64,000 nt of DNA, taken from positions 2,946 through 66,945 of the forward strand of contig CACGPA010000001.1 in NCBI GenBank assembly GCA_902574725.1, written 5' to 3'. The translations under genes were made by a program, and so were the position numbers. Under the pieces are notes generated by a model. It was given only the letters and a program-made list of their open reading frames with translations. It was not told the origin of the DNA and searched no databases. Below, in pieces: positions 31,057-39,819 of this stretch (within the stretch, counting starts at the first letter, position 1; each line of letters begins with the position of its first letter). Origin of the DNA: an uncultured Pelagibacteraceae bacterium (lineage in GTDB: Bacteria; Pseudomonadota; Alphaproteobacteria; Pelagibacterales; Pelagibacteraceae).

Positions 31057-32184
31057 ATGCCTTTTGAATCTGAAGTTTCTAATTGGAAATATTCAAATTT
31101 TTTAATAAATAAAAAAAATAAATTTAGTAAAAATGATATTCTATCTATACTTTCAAAAAGTGAAATAGATGAAGCTTATAGAGTGATATCAGCGTGGGAT
31201 AGCTATTCTCCTACTCCATTAATATCTTTAAATAAACTTTCTGAAAAATTAAAACTAAATAACATTTTTTATAAAGATGAATCTAAAAGATTTAATCTAA
31301 AATCTTTTAAAGCTCTTGGAGGAGCTTATGCTGTTGAAAAGGTTTCGAAAGGAAATAAAGAGATAGTAATTTCAACTGCCACAGCTGGAAATCATGGAAG
31401 ATCTGTTGCCTGGGGGTCAAAAAAATTAGGACTTAAATGTAAAATTTTTATTAGTGAATATGTAAGTGAATTCAGAGCAAAAGTAATGAGAAGTTTTGGT
31501 GCGGATGTAATAAGAGTAAAAGGGAATTATGACGCCTCTTTAAAAGAATGTGTTAAACAATCAAAGCAAAATAATTGGCAAATAGTTCAAGATGTAGCTT
31601 GGGAAGATTATAAATTGGTACCTAAATTAACTATGGCTGGATACTCAGTGATGATGAAGGAAATATCAGAACAAATTAATAATGAACAATTTTCACATGT
31701 TATATTACAAGCTGGCGTTGGAGGTATGGCAGCAGGTATGGTAGCAGGTATTGCTAGATATTTAAATTATATTCCTAAAATTATTGTAGTAGAGCCAGAA
31801 AGTGCCGCTTGTGTTTTAGAAAGTATTAAAAGTGGTAAAATTGAAAAAATTTCAATTAAAAAAGAAAGTTTAATGGGAGGTATGTCTTGTGATGAAGTAT
31901 CTTTAGTTCCCTGGGAAATATTAAAAAATTCAGTAAGTCATTGTGTGACTGTTTCTGATAATTATATTGGTAAAACTGTAAAATCTCTTTCAAATTCTGA
32001 ATTCAGTGAAGAAAAAATTGTTGGTGGTGAATGTTCAACTCCAGGAATAGTAAGTTTAATTGGGATGTATAATGATATTGAAATAAGAAAAAAAATTAAT
32101 CTTAACGAAAATTCGAATATATTAGTATTTGGTTGTGAAGGCGATGCAGATGAAGAACTGTATCAAAAATTATTAACTGAATAA
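31057..32184 (+). CDS. dpaL: Diaminopropionate ammonia-lyase (PLP fold II)
   Basis: YSPTPL, KDESKRFNLKSFKALGG (PLP Lys), TATAGNHGRSVAWG, VQDVAWEDY, LQAGVGGMA. Confidence 0.85.
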   Translation: MPFESEVSNWKYSNFLINKKNKFSKNDILSILSKSEIDEAYRVISAWDSYSPTPLISLNKLSEKLKLNNIFYKDESKRFNLKSFKALGGAYAVEKVSKGNKEIVISTATAGNHGRSVAWGSKKLGLKCKIFISEYVSEFRAKVMRSFGADVIRVKGNYDASLKECVKQSKQNNWQIVQDVAWEDYKLVPKLTMAGYSVMMKEISEQINNEQFSHVILQAGVGGMAAGMVAGIARYLNYIPKIIVVEPESAACVLESIKSGKIEKISIKKESLMGGMSCDEVSLVPWEILKNSVSHCVTVSDNYIGKTVKSLSNSEFSEEKIVGGECSTPGIVSLIGMYNDIEIRKKINLNENSNILVFGCEGDADEELYQKLLTE

Positions 32185-32199
32185 ATTTCCAAAAAATTA

Positions 32200-32664
32200 A
32201 TGAAAAAATTATACAAAAAAAAAATAATTGATTTAAATTTTTATAAAATATTTAAACCAGAGCTTACACCTAAAAAAATGTTGAAACTTGGAGTATTTGG
32301 AGGATCGTATTTTAATAAAAAACAAATAAAAGAATTTCCAAAATCTTGGCTTATAAATGCAAAATTAAGTAAAACTTTCGACATAAATATAAATCGTTTT
32401 AGAGTTAAATCTGGATTATCGAGAGAACACTGGTTAAAAAAAGGATGGATCTTTAAAGAAGATCCTTTGGGTTGGTTTCAATGGTACTGTAGATTTTGCA
32501 ATGGAAGAAAAATTCCCCATATAGATGAAATTCAAATTAAAAGATGGAAAAATTTTAGAAGGCATGTTCTAGCAATTAAAAAAAATTGTGAAAGAGGAGA
32601 TTTAAGTTGCAGAAGAAGACAGCGACAAGCTATTCTTCAATGGGCTTACAATCCTTTTATTTAA
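32200..32664 (+). CDS. Conserved hypothetical basic, Trp-rich protein
   Basis: LTPKKML.LGVFGGSY ... DPLGWFQWYCRF..GR ... QIKRW ... RQRQAILQWAY; I recognise this pattern as a widespread uncharacterised family. Confidence 0.75.
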   Translation: MKKLYKKKIIDLNFYKIFKPELTPKKMLKLGVFGGSYFNKKQIKEFPKSWLINAKLSKTFDININRFRVKSGLSREHWLKKGWIFKEDPLGWFQWYCRFCNGRKIPHIDEIQIKRWKNFRRHVLAIKKNCERGDLSCRRRQRQAILQWAYNPFI

Positions 32665-32901
32665 TTATTTTAATAATTTTCTATAAGCAAATATAACAGC
32701 AAAAACTATTATTAAAGCAGCAACACCCTGTTCTCCAAGACTATTTAATAAACTAATCAAGTTTGCCGTAACTTTTGAACCAAAAAAAGCTACATTTGGT
32801 CCAAATAATATTTCTGCAATAACAGAAACAGCTAATAAAAGAACACCAACTTCAAGGAATTTGTTAAGATATGCTGTTATTTTATTTATCCATGTATTCA
32901 T
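32665..32901 (-). CDS. Small 2-TM hypothetical membrane protein (paralog B)
   Basis: AAGGAG RBS; similar to the adjacent 71-aa ORF. Confidence 0.75.
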   Translation of the reverse strand: MNTWINKITAYLNKFLEVGVLLLAVSVIAEILFGPNVAFFGSKVTANLISLLNSLGEQGVAALIIVFAVIFAYRKLLK

Positions 32902-32918
32902 AATTCTCCTTGGTTTAA

Positions 32919-32953
32919 GATTCCCTAATTTTAGCGAAGAAAATTAGGGAATC
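32919..32953. repeat. Perfect 14-bp inverted repeat between the paralogous small genes
   Basis: GATTCCCTAATTTT-AGCGAAG-AAAATTAGGGAATC; no clear U-tract on the minus (coding) strand. Confidence 0.8.
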
Positions 32954-33000
32954 AATTTAACTACTAGAGGGAAAAACGCTACCTCAACTCTTATGTGTAG

Positions 33001-33216
33001 CTATTTATATAGGTTCAGAATTATTATAGCTGCAACTAAACCTACGATACCCGCATCTCCTAGTCCTTGAACTAGACTTACTATATTCTCTGCTACTCCT
33101 CCTACAAATGGAACGTTTCCACCTAAAAGAGAAACAACGATACCTAGTCCAAGTAAAGCTATAACCACACTGGTTAAACTATTAATAGTCCCAGTAAGGC
33201 CTGATAATATTTTCAT
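33001..33216 (-). CDS. Small Gly-rich 2-TM hypothetical membrane protein (paralog A)
   Basis: AAAGGGAG RBS; hydrophobic 71-aa ORF with GGNVPFVGG and GLGDAGIVGL. Confidence 0.8.
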   Translation of the reverse strand: MKILSGLTGTINSLTSVVIALLGLGIVVSLLGGNVPFVGGVAENIVSLVQGLGDAGIVGLVAAIIILNLYK

Positions 33217-33345
33217 ATTTAGCTCCCTTTGTTGTTTAACATTTGCTACCGAATCAACCAGTAGCTTTTTGTAAACGCTAACATAATTTATACCGATTGA
33301 TATACTAATTAACTATTGGTAAATATGGCTAATAACTGCAAAAAA

Positions 33346-33765
33346 CTACTCTCCCATATAATGGTGTATTAATGTTCTAGTATGTGATTCGAGCCTATGT
33401 TCAAATAAATAAAGGCCCTGCCAAGTTCCTAGCAATAATTTTTTATCTTTGATGCTTAAAGATATCTGATTATTAGTGAGTGCTGATTTAATATGAGCTG
33501 GCATATCATCTTTTCCTTCGGCTGTATGAATGTATAGGTCATTTTTCATTGGAGCCAGCTTATCAAAATAATTAATTAAATCTGTTTGAACATCTGGATC
33601 TGCATTTTCTTGTACTATTAAAGAAGCACTTGTATGTTGAATACTTATATTTATTAAACCATTATTAAATTTATTTTTTTTTATCCATTCCAGTGTTTTA
33701 TCAGTAAATTCATATAGTTTTTGTCCATTAGTTGATACTTTAAGATTAAAAAATTTTTGAATCAT
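33346..33765 (-). CDS. yjbQ: YjbQ family (UPF0047, secondary thiamine-phosphate synthase-like)
   Basis: HTSASLIVQENADPDV, H..EG.DDMPAHIKS, LGTWQGLYLFEHR. Confidence 0.92.
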   Translation of the reverse strand: MIQKFFNLKVSTNGQKLYEFTDKTLEWIKKNKFNNGLINISIQHTSASLIVQENADPDVQTDLINYFDKLAPMKNDLYIHTAEGKDDMPAHIKSALTNNQISLSIKDKKLLLGTWQGLYLFEHRLESHTRTLIHHYMGE

Positions 33766-34193
33766 TTAATCTTGCTCTTAAAATCTATTCCATATTCTGA
33801 TCGTGGGCCTTTTCTTAGACCAAATGGACCTGCAATAAAAATTGTTAAAGGTTTTGTTCCAGGTTTTAAGTCCACTCTATGAAAATTATTAGCAGATCTA
33901 AAACCTATATAGCCTGCTGCCCTCCAAAATTTTCCCGTTTTAGTTGTTTCCCAGTAACCATCTCTTATAACAATTGTAATATAAGGGCATAAATGATTAT
34001 GAACTCCCTCTCCATGATCATCATCTAACATTTCATGAATTAATATATTAAATGGAAACCATTTGGGTCTATATCTAAATAAAACATAATATCTATTCAT
34101 CCAAGGCTTTGCTTTATTAAAATCCGGGTGAGATGGACCTCTATCCAATACAGTTTTTTTTCTACCTAACTTATCAAGTAATTTTAATAACAT
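33762..34193 (-). CDS. Hypothetical cupin-like protein
   Basis: HNH....TIVIRDGYWE ... FHRVDL ... TIFIAGP metal-binding cupin pattern. Confidence 0.65.
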   Translation of the reverse strand: MLLKLLDKLGRKKTVLDRGPSHPDFNKAKPWMNRYYVLFRYRPKWFPFNILIHEMLDDDHGEGVHNHLCPYITIVIRDGYWETTKTGKFWRAAGYIGFRSANNFHRVDLKPGTKPLTIFIAGPFGLRKGPRSEYGIDFKSKIK

Positions 34194-34194
34194 G

Positions 34195-35499
34195 TTAATT
34201 TAATTTTATTATAGAATTGTCTTTAATTATAAAAAGATTTTTTCCAAGAACTATTGGTCTTGAAATTTTTTCACCATCTATTTTTAATACAGATTTAGTA
34301 ATACCAGTTGAAATATCAATAACAAACAATCTCCCATTTGTAGTAGTTAAATAAATATTTTTTTTAGCAACAATAAAACCAACAGGTTTAAATTTTTTTA
34401 ATTTTTTCTTTTTAATATTTTTAAAAACATTCGTGCTTCTTATAAGATTTCCAGTTTCATAATCAATAATAACAAAATATCCTTCGTTGGTAATTGAAAA
34501 AACTAAATTATTAATAAATGTAGGTGTCAATTCAGAATTAATTTTTTGCTTCCAATTAATTATACCTGTATCAACATTAATAGAAAAAAAATCATTAGTA
34601 TTATTTGATAAAAAAATAGAATTTTTTCCAACAACAAGGTCAGCATTTTTTAAAAATAATGCATCTTCATAAATTGCCTTTTTTTGTGTAGGTGTCTGCC
34701 AAACAAGATCCCCGGTATATAAGTCTAAAGCAGTAATATCTCCTAAAGAATTATTAAATATAACTTTATTATTTTTTATTACTAAAGAATTTTTTTTCTG
34801 TGATTTAATAAATGGTTTTTCAGTTTTAAAAGACCAAACAACAGAACCATCTTTTATTGAAAAACATTTTATAACATTTTCGGAGTCAACAATAAAAAAT
34901 TTATCTTTAAATATTTTTATTTGAGAGTTAAAAGGGGCACTATTATTTTTAGACCATATAATTTTTCCAGAATTAATATCAAGTGCGTAATATTTTGCAA
35001 CTGTATCTGCTACTATCAAATAATTTTGACTAGTTGAAAAAAATAAAATTGGATTCATTTTTTTTTCAGTTTTAGAGTAGTTATTTTTTTTCCATTTTAA
35101 TTTTGCTTTATTGTCAAATTTTAATATATTTCCCTTGTTATCAAAAAAAATAATATTATTTTTATCTATAGCGATTTCTGGTTCGTATTGATCAAAATTT
35201 TGAATTTTTGAAAATTTATATCTAGAAATACTTTTCAGACCCCCTTCATAATTAGATCTTCCGCTATTATTAGTAAAATTTTTTAAGTAAGAATTTTCTT
35301 TTTTTAAATTTGATAGATTAATTTTTAGACTGGTGTTTAATTCATTTTCTAAAATTTTTTGTTTTTTGACAATCTGTTTTGTGTTTAAAATATTGTCCTT
35401 CTTAATTTTAACTTTTTTTGTCCACAGCGAAGAATTTGGATTAAAAGAACAGCTGCTTATAAAAATAATTAAAACAAATAATTTAACTAAATTTTTCAC
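34195..35499 (-). CDS. bamB: PQQ-like beta-propeller lipoprotein (BamB-like)
   Basis: Lipobox ISSC; repeated ALD..SG.IIW / ALD.YTGDLVW motifs; follows a YfgM-like gene. Confidence 0.7.
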   Translation of the reverse strand: MKNLVKLFVLIIFISSCSFNPNSSLWTKKVKIKKDNILNTKQIVKKQKILENELNTSLKINLSNLKKENSYLKNFTNNSGRSNYEGGLKSISRYKFSKIQNFDQYEPEIAIDKNNIIFFDNKGNILKFDNKAKLKWKKNNYSKTEKKMNPILFFSTSQNYLIVADTVAKYYALDINSGKIIWSKNNSAPFNSQIKIFKDKFFIVDSENVIKCFSIKDGSVVWSFKTEKPFIKSQKKNSLVIKNNKVIFNNSLGDITALDLYTGDLVWQTPTQKKAIYEDALFLKNADLVVGKNSIFLSNNTNDFFSINVDTGIINWKQKINSELTPTFINNLVFSITNEGYFVIIDYETGNLIRSTNVFKNIKKKKLKKFKPVGFIVAKKNIYLTTTNGRLFVIDISTGITKSVLKIDGEKISRPIVLGKNLFIIKDNSIIKLN

Positions 35500-36137
35500 T
35501 AAAAATCTCTATTTAGTCTTTTTTGCGACTCTACCTTAATATTTTGGTTGCTATTATTCATTCCAACTATTTTGTTAAAAAATTCCTTTGACTTTTCTTT
35601 TTCATTTTTTGAATAAAAATACTCTGCCACTAAGTACAAAGCATGTGATTTCCAAATACTTTCTGAATTAATAATTGGATTTAAAATATTTAATAGTTCA
35701 TTTTCAGATGTAAAATCAGAATTGAATAATGCTTTTTTATAAATAATTAAATTTTTTATTTCTTTATCTAATTTTGTTTTATTTATAACTTGATCAAATA
35801 ATTTATTAATTTCACCGTTTTCAGTTAATATTTCATTATCAATTATAAAATATAATGCTAATGGAGAATAAGTAGCATCATTTTCAAAAATTACTTCGAT
35901 CAATTTATTTTTAGTATCTTCTTTATTATTTATAGTATGTTCTATTTTAATTTTATTATATTTTTCAGCTAGCTTTATTTTATTTCTTTCTTTAATTTCT
36001 AAAAAAAGAAAATAAAAGATAGCTATTAAAATAAAAAGTGATGCAAACGTAATTATCTTTTTTTTATTAATTATAAAAAAATTTTTTATTTTTTCGTTTC
36101 TTGTATTCGTATTTATTATTTCGATATCTTCATCCAT
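35499..36137 (-). CDS. YfgM-like membrane-anchored TPR protein
   Basis: N-terminal TM, helical domain (YSPLAL, WKSHALYL.AEY); usual position upstream of bamB. Confidence 0.65.
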   Translation of the reverse strand: MDEDIEIINTNTRNEKIKNFFIINKKKIITFASLFILIAIFYFLFLEIKERNKIKLAEKYNKIKIEHTINNKEDTKNKLIEVIFENDATYSPLALYFIIDNEILTENGEINKLFDQVINKTKLDKEIKNLIIYKKALFNSDFTSENELLNILNPIINSESIWKSHALYLVAEYFYSKNEKEKSKEFFNKIVGMNNSNQNIKVESQKRLNRDF

Positions 36138-36141
36138 AAAA

Positions 36142-38811
36142 TTAAATCATATTTCTTAAAACATACTGCAGAATGCCACCATTTTTATAATATTCCAATT
36201 CATTTTTAGTATCAATTCTGCATAAAGTCTTAATTTTTTTTATATCTCCTGATGCATATTTAATTTCAACATGAACACTGCCTGATGGATTTATTCCTTT
36301 CTCTATATCAATGATAGTTATAAGTTCAGATCCTTTTAGTTCTAGTTTAATTCTGTCAATATTATCAATGAATTGTAATGGTAGAATCCCCATTCCAATT
36401 AAATTCGATCTATGAATTCTTTCAAAGCTTTCAGCAATAACTACCTTTACTCCTAGAAGTTTTGTTCCCTTTGCTGCCCAATCTCTAGAAGAGCCAGTTC
36501 CGTATTCTTTACCTCCTATTACAATTAAATCTGTTCCTCTTTTTTTGTACTCTACTACTGCATCATAAACTGGCATAACCTTTCCTTCTGGATATAACTT
36601 TGTATACCCTCCTTCAGTTCCAGGTGCCATTTCGTTTCTAATTCTTATATTGGCAAATGTTCCTCTCATCATAACTTCATGATTTCCTCTTCTTGATCCA
36701 TAAGAATTGTAATCTTTTGGCAAAATTTGATGTTCCATGAAATATTCGCCAGTTGGACTTTCTTTTTGTATGGATCCTGCTGGAGATATATGATCTGTAG
36801 TAACCATATCTCCCAATATTAATAATGGTCTTGCATCTTTTATTTTTTTAAACCCCTCTGGTTTGTCTGGAAGATTATCAAAAAAGGGTGGTTTTTTTAC
36901 ATAGGTTGACCCTTGATCCCAATTATAAATACTACTTTTTTCAGTTTTTATTTTTTGCCATTGAATTGGTCCCTTGGAAATGTTTGAATATCTTTTAACA
37001 AACATTTCAGCATTTAATGCTTCTCTTAAAGTTTCTTCTATTTGTTTGTTCGAAGGCCAAATATCTTTTAAAAAAATATCTTTATTGTTTTTATCTTTAC
37101 CTAAAGGATCTTTATATAAATCCACCTCCATATGACCAGCTAATCCATAGGCAACAACAAGTGGAGGGGATGCAAGATAGTTTGCTTTTATATGTGGAGA
37201 AATACGACCTTCAAAATTTCTATTACCAGACAAAACAGATACACCATATATATCTTCTTTTTCAATTGCTTCCACTATGTTGTCTTGCAAAGGTCCAGAA
37301 TTTCCAATACATGTTGTGCATCCATAACCAACTAAATTAAAACCTAGTTCATCTAAGTATTTGTTAAGGCCAGATTTTTCCAAATAATCAGTAACTACCT
37401 GAGATCCTGGTGCTAATGAAGTTTTTACCCAGGGTTTTGTTTTTAAACCTAATTCAACAGCTTTTTTTGCTAGCAAACCTGCTCCAATTAAAACATTGGG
37501 GTTAGATGTATTTGTGCATGATGTTATTGCTGCAATTAATATAGAGCCATCTTTAATTTCAAAATCAGTTCCTTTAACCTTTGAAATATGTTTTTCTTTC
37601 CTTGATGTAGTATCTGCAAATACTTTTTTAAATCCAGATGATGCTTCATTTAATAATACTTTATCTTGAGGTCTTTTTGGTCCAGATATTGTTGGAACAA
37701 TTGAAGACATGTCTAATGAAACACTATCGGTAAATTCAATATTATCACTTGCCCATAAACCCTGTTCTTTAGAATATTTTTCTACAGTCGCTACGGTATT
37801 TTCATCTCTTCCAGAAAACTGTAAATATTTTAAAGTCTCTTCGTCGATTGGAAAAAAACCACATGTAGCACCATACTCAGGAGCCATATTTGCAATAGTG
37901 GCTCTATCAGCAAGGGATAAGTTTTTTAATCCATTTCCATAAAATTCAACAAATTTTCCCACTACACCTTTATCTCTTAAAATTTTTACAACAGTTAAAA
38001 CTAAATCAGTAGCAGTCGTACCTTCGGGCATTTTATTTTTAAGCTCAAAACCAACTACTTCTGGAATTAGCATTGAAATTGGCTGTCCAAGCATTCCTGC
38101 TTCGGCTTCTATTCCACCAACACCCCAACCAAGGACTGACAATCCATTTACCATTGTAGTATGACTATCCGTTCCTACTAAGGTGTCTGGAAATAAATAT
38201 TCATCTCCTTTATATTTTTCTGACCAAACAACCTTTGATAAATACTCTAAATTAACTTGATGACATATACCTGTACCTGGAGGAACAATTCTAAAATTAT
38301 TAAAAGCCTGTTGTCCCCATTTTAAGAAAGAATATCTTTCACCATTCCTTTTAAATTCTATATCAACATTTTTTTCAAAGGAGTCTGGTTTGGCTGAACG
38401 ATCTACTTGAACTGAGTGGTCGATGACTAAATCAACAGACGATAGAGGGTTAATAGTATCTGGATCTTTGTTTTTTTCTTTTACAGCTTCTCTCATTGCA
38501 GCTAGGTCTGCAACTGCAGGTATACCAGTATAATCCTGCAGCAAAACTCTTGCAGGTCGATAAGCGATTTCAATATTGGATTTTTTTTCTACTAACCATT
38601 TTTGAACTGACTCTATTTGATTTTTAGTAACTGACAAATCATCTTCATATCTAAGAAGGTTTTCTAATAAAACTTTTAATGACTTAGGTAAATTTGAAAT
38701 ACCTTTTAAACCATTTTTTTCAGCTTCAGATAAAGAATAATACTTATAATCTTTGCCATTTATATTAATAGATTTTAAAGATTTATAAGAATTTTTATTT
38801 CCTGGTTTCAT
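36142..38811 (-). CDS. acnA: Aconitate hydratase AcnA
   Basis: RVLLQDYTG, DSHTTM, ITSCTNTSNP, GCTTCIGNSG, TTDHISPAG, GSSRDWAAKG. Confidence 0.97.
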   Translation of the reverse strand: MKPGNKNSYKSLKSININGKDYKYYSLSEAEKNGLKGISNLPKSLKVLLENLLRYEDDLSVTKNQIESVQKWLVEKKSNIEIAYRPARVLLQDYTGIPAVADLAAMREAVKEKNKDPDTINPLSSVDLVIDHSVQVDRSAKPDSFEKNVDIEFKRNGERYSFLKWGQQAFNNFRIVPPGTGICHQVNLEYLSKVVWSEKYKGDEYLFPDTLVGTDSHTTMVNGLSVLGWGVGGIEAEAGMLGQPISMLIPEVVGFELKNKMPEGTTATDLVLTVVKILRDKGVVGKFVEFYGNGLKNLSLADRATIANMAPEYGATCGFFPIDEETLKYLQFSGRDENTVATVEKYSKEQGLWASDNIEFTDSVSLDMSSIVPTISGPKRPQDKVLLNEASSGFKKVFADTTSRKEKHISKVKGTDFEIKDGSILIAAITSCTNTSNPNVLIGAGLLAKKAVELGLKTKPWVKTSLAPGSQVVTDYLEKSGLNKYLDELGFNLVGYGCTTCIGNSGPLQDNIVEAIEKEDIYGVSVLSGNRNFEGRISPHIKANYLASPPLVVAYGLAGHMEVDLYKDPLGKDKNNKDIFLKDIWPSNKQIEETLREALNAEMFVKRYSNISKGPIQWQKIKTEKSSIYNWDQGSTYVKKPPFFDNLPDKPEGFKKIKDARPLLILGDMVTTDHISPAGSIQKESPTGEYFMEHQILPKDYNSYGSRRGNHEVMMRGTFANIRIRNEMAPGTEGGYTKLYPEGKVMPVYDAVVEYKKRGTDLIVIGGKEYGTGSSRDWAAKGTKLLGVKVVIAESFERIHRSNLIGMGILPLQFIDNIDRIKLELKGSELITIIDIEKGINPSGSVHVEIKYASGDIKKIKTLCRIDTKNELEYYKNGGILQYVLRNMI

Positions 38812-38855
38812 AAATTTACATCTTATAGATTATTTCGGCTAAATTATGAATCAAA

Positions 38856-39446
38856 TTATAGATAAAATGTTGCTATGCAAGCTAATAAAAGAAGTGACAT
38901 AACGTAATTGAATCTCTTTATAAATTTCTCATTTGTAGCGAATCTTCTTAAAAATTTACCCACTAAGGTCCAAAAATTAATACTAATTATTGCAAATAGA
39001 AATGCTACACCAATAACCCAAAAAGAATAAAATAAAAAATCATTGCTTCTGTCAACATATGTTGAAACCATAATGACCGATACAATGACTGATTTTGGGT
39101 TTATAAATTGAAAAAAAAACGTTTCTATAAACTTTACTGGATTCTTTTTTTCACTATCTGAACTGGTTTTTGAAAAAGAAATTTTATAAGCTAAATAAAT
39201 TAAAAAAAGCGTTCCAGTATATTTAAGGATTTCTTGAATAATTGGATATTTTTGAAAGACATTCACTAACCCAAAATTCATAATGGTAACGAGAGTTGTA
39301 AACCCAAAAATAACACCACACATATGCGGAATTGTTTTTAAAACACCAAAATTAAAACCAGAGTAAGATGCAACAATATTATTAGGTCCAGGAGAACAAC
39401 TTGTAACAAACATAAACAAACATAAAGATATTATTTCTGGATGCAT
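38856..39446 (-). CDS. LysE/RhtB family amino-acid exporter
   Basis: SPGPNN, YLAYKI, FQFINPK motifs; about 6 TM segments. Confidence 0.88.
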   Translation of the reverse strand: MHPEIISLCLFMFVTSCSPGPNNIVASYSGFNFGVLKTIPHMCGVIFGFTTLVTIMNFGLVNVFQKYPIIQEILKYTGTLFLIYLAYKISFSKTSSDSEKKNPVKFIETFFFQFINPKSVIVSVIMVSTYVDRSNDFLFYSFWVIGVAFLFAIISINFWTLVGKFLRRFATNEKFIKRFNYVMSLLLLACIATFYL

Positions 39447-39450
39447 AACT

Positions 39451-39792
39451 TTATGCTATTGGCAAACCATTTTCAGCTTTTTGAGACGGATGAACTAAAG
39501 TGACTCTTCCTTCTTTATCTATAGATCCTAGAATTAAAACTTGTGATTTTACACCAGCAATATTTTTTTCTGGAAAATTACATACGCCAATCACCTGCTT
39601 CCCCAATAAATTTTCTTCATTATAATAGTGGGTTATTTGCGCTGATGATTGCTTTATTCCTATTTCTGACCCAAAATCAACTTCAACAACTAGTGAAGGT
39701 TTTCTAGCTTTTTCATTTTTTTTTACAGAAATTACAGTACCAAGTCTTATATCTACTTTTTCAAATGTATCGTAGGTTATTTGTTCTTTCAT
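39451..39792 (-). CDS. csaA: tRNA-binding / export chaperone CsaA
   Basis: FEKVDIRLGTV, ARKP, SSAQIT..Y, NFPEKNIAG.KSQVLILG. Confidence 0.92.
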   Translation of the reverse strand: MKEQITYDTFEKVDIRLGTVISVKKNEKARKPSLVVEVDFGSEIGIKQSSAQITHYYNEENLLGKQVIGVCNFPEKNIAGVKSQVLILGSIDKEGRVTLVHPSQKAENGLPIA

Positions 39793-39819
39793 AAATTTAA
39801 TATATAATTGATATAAGAT

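Noticed and set aside
32665-33216. Small hairpin proteins as ATP synthase c-subunits
   Set aside because: They lack the RQPE/RNP loop and the conserved carboxylate in the second TM, and no atp genes are nearby.
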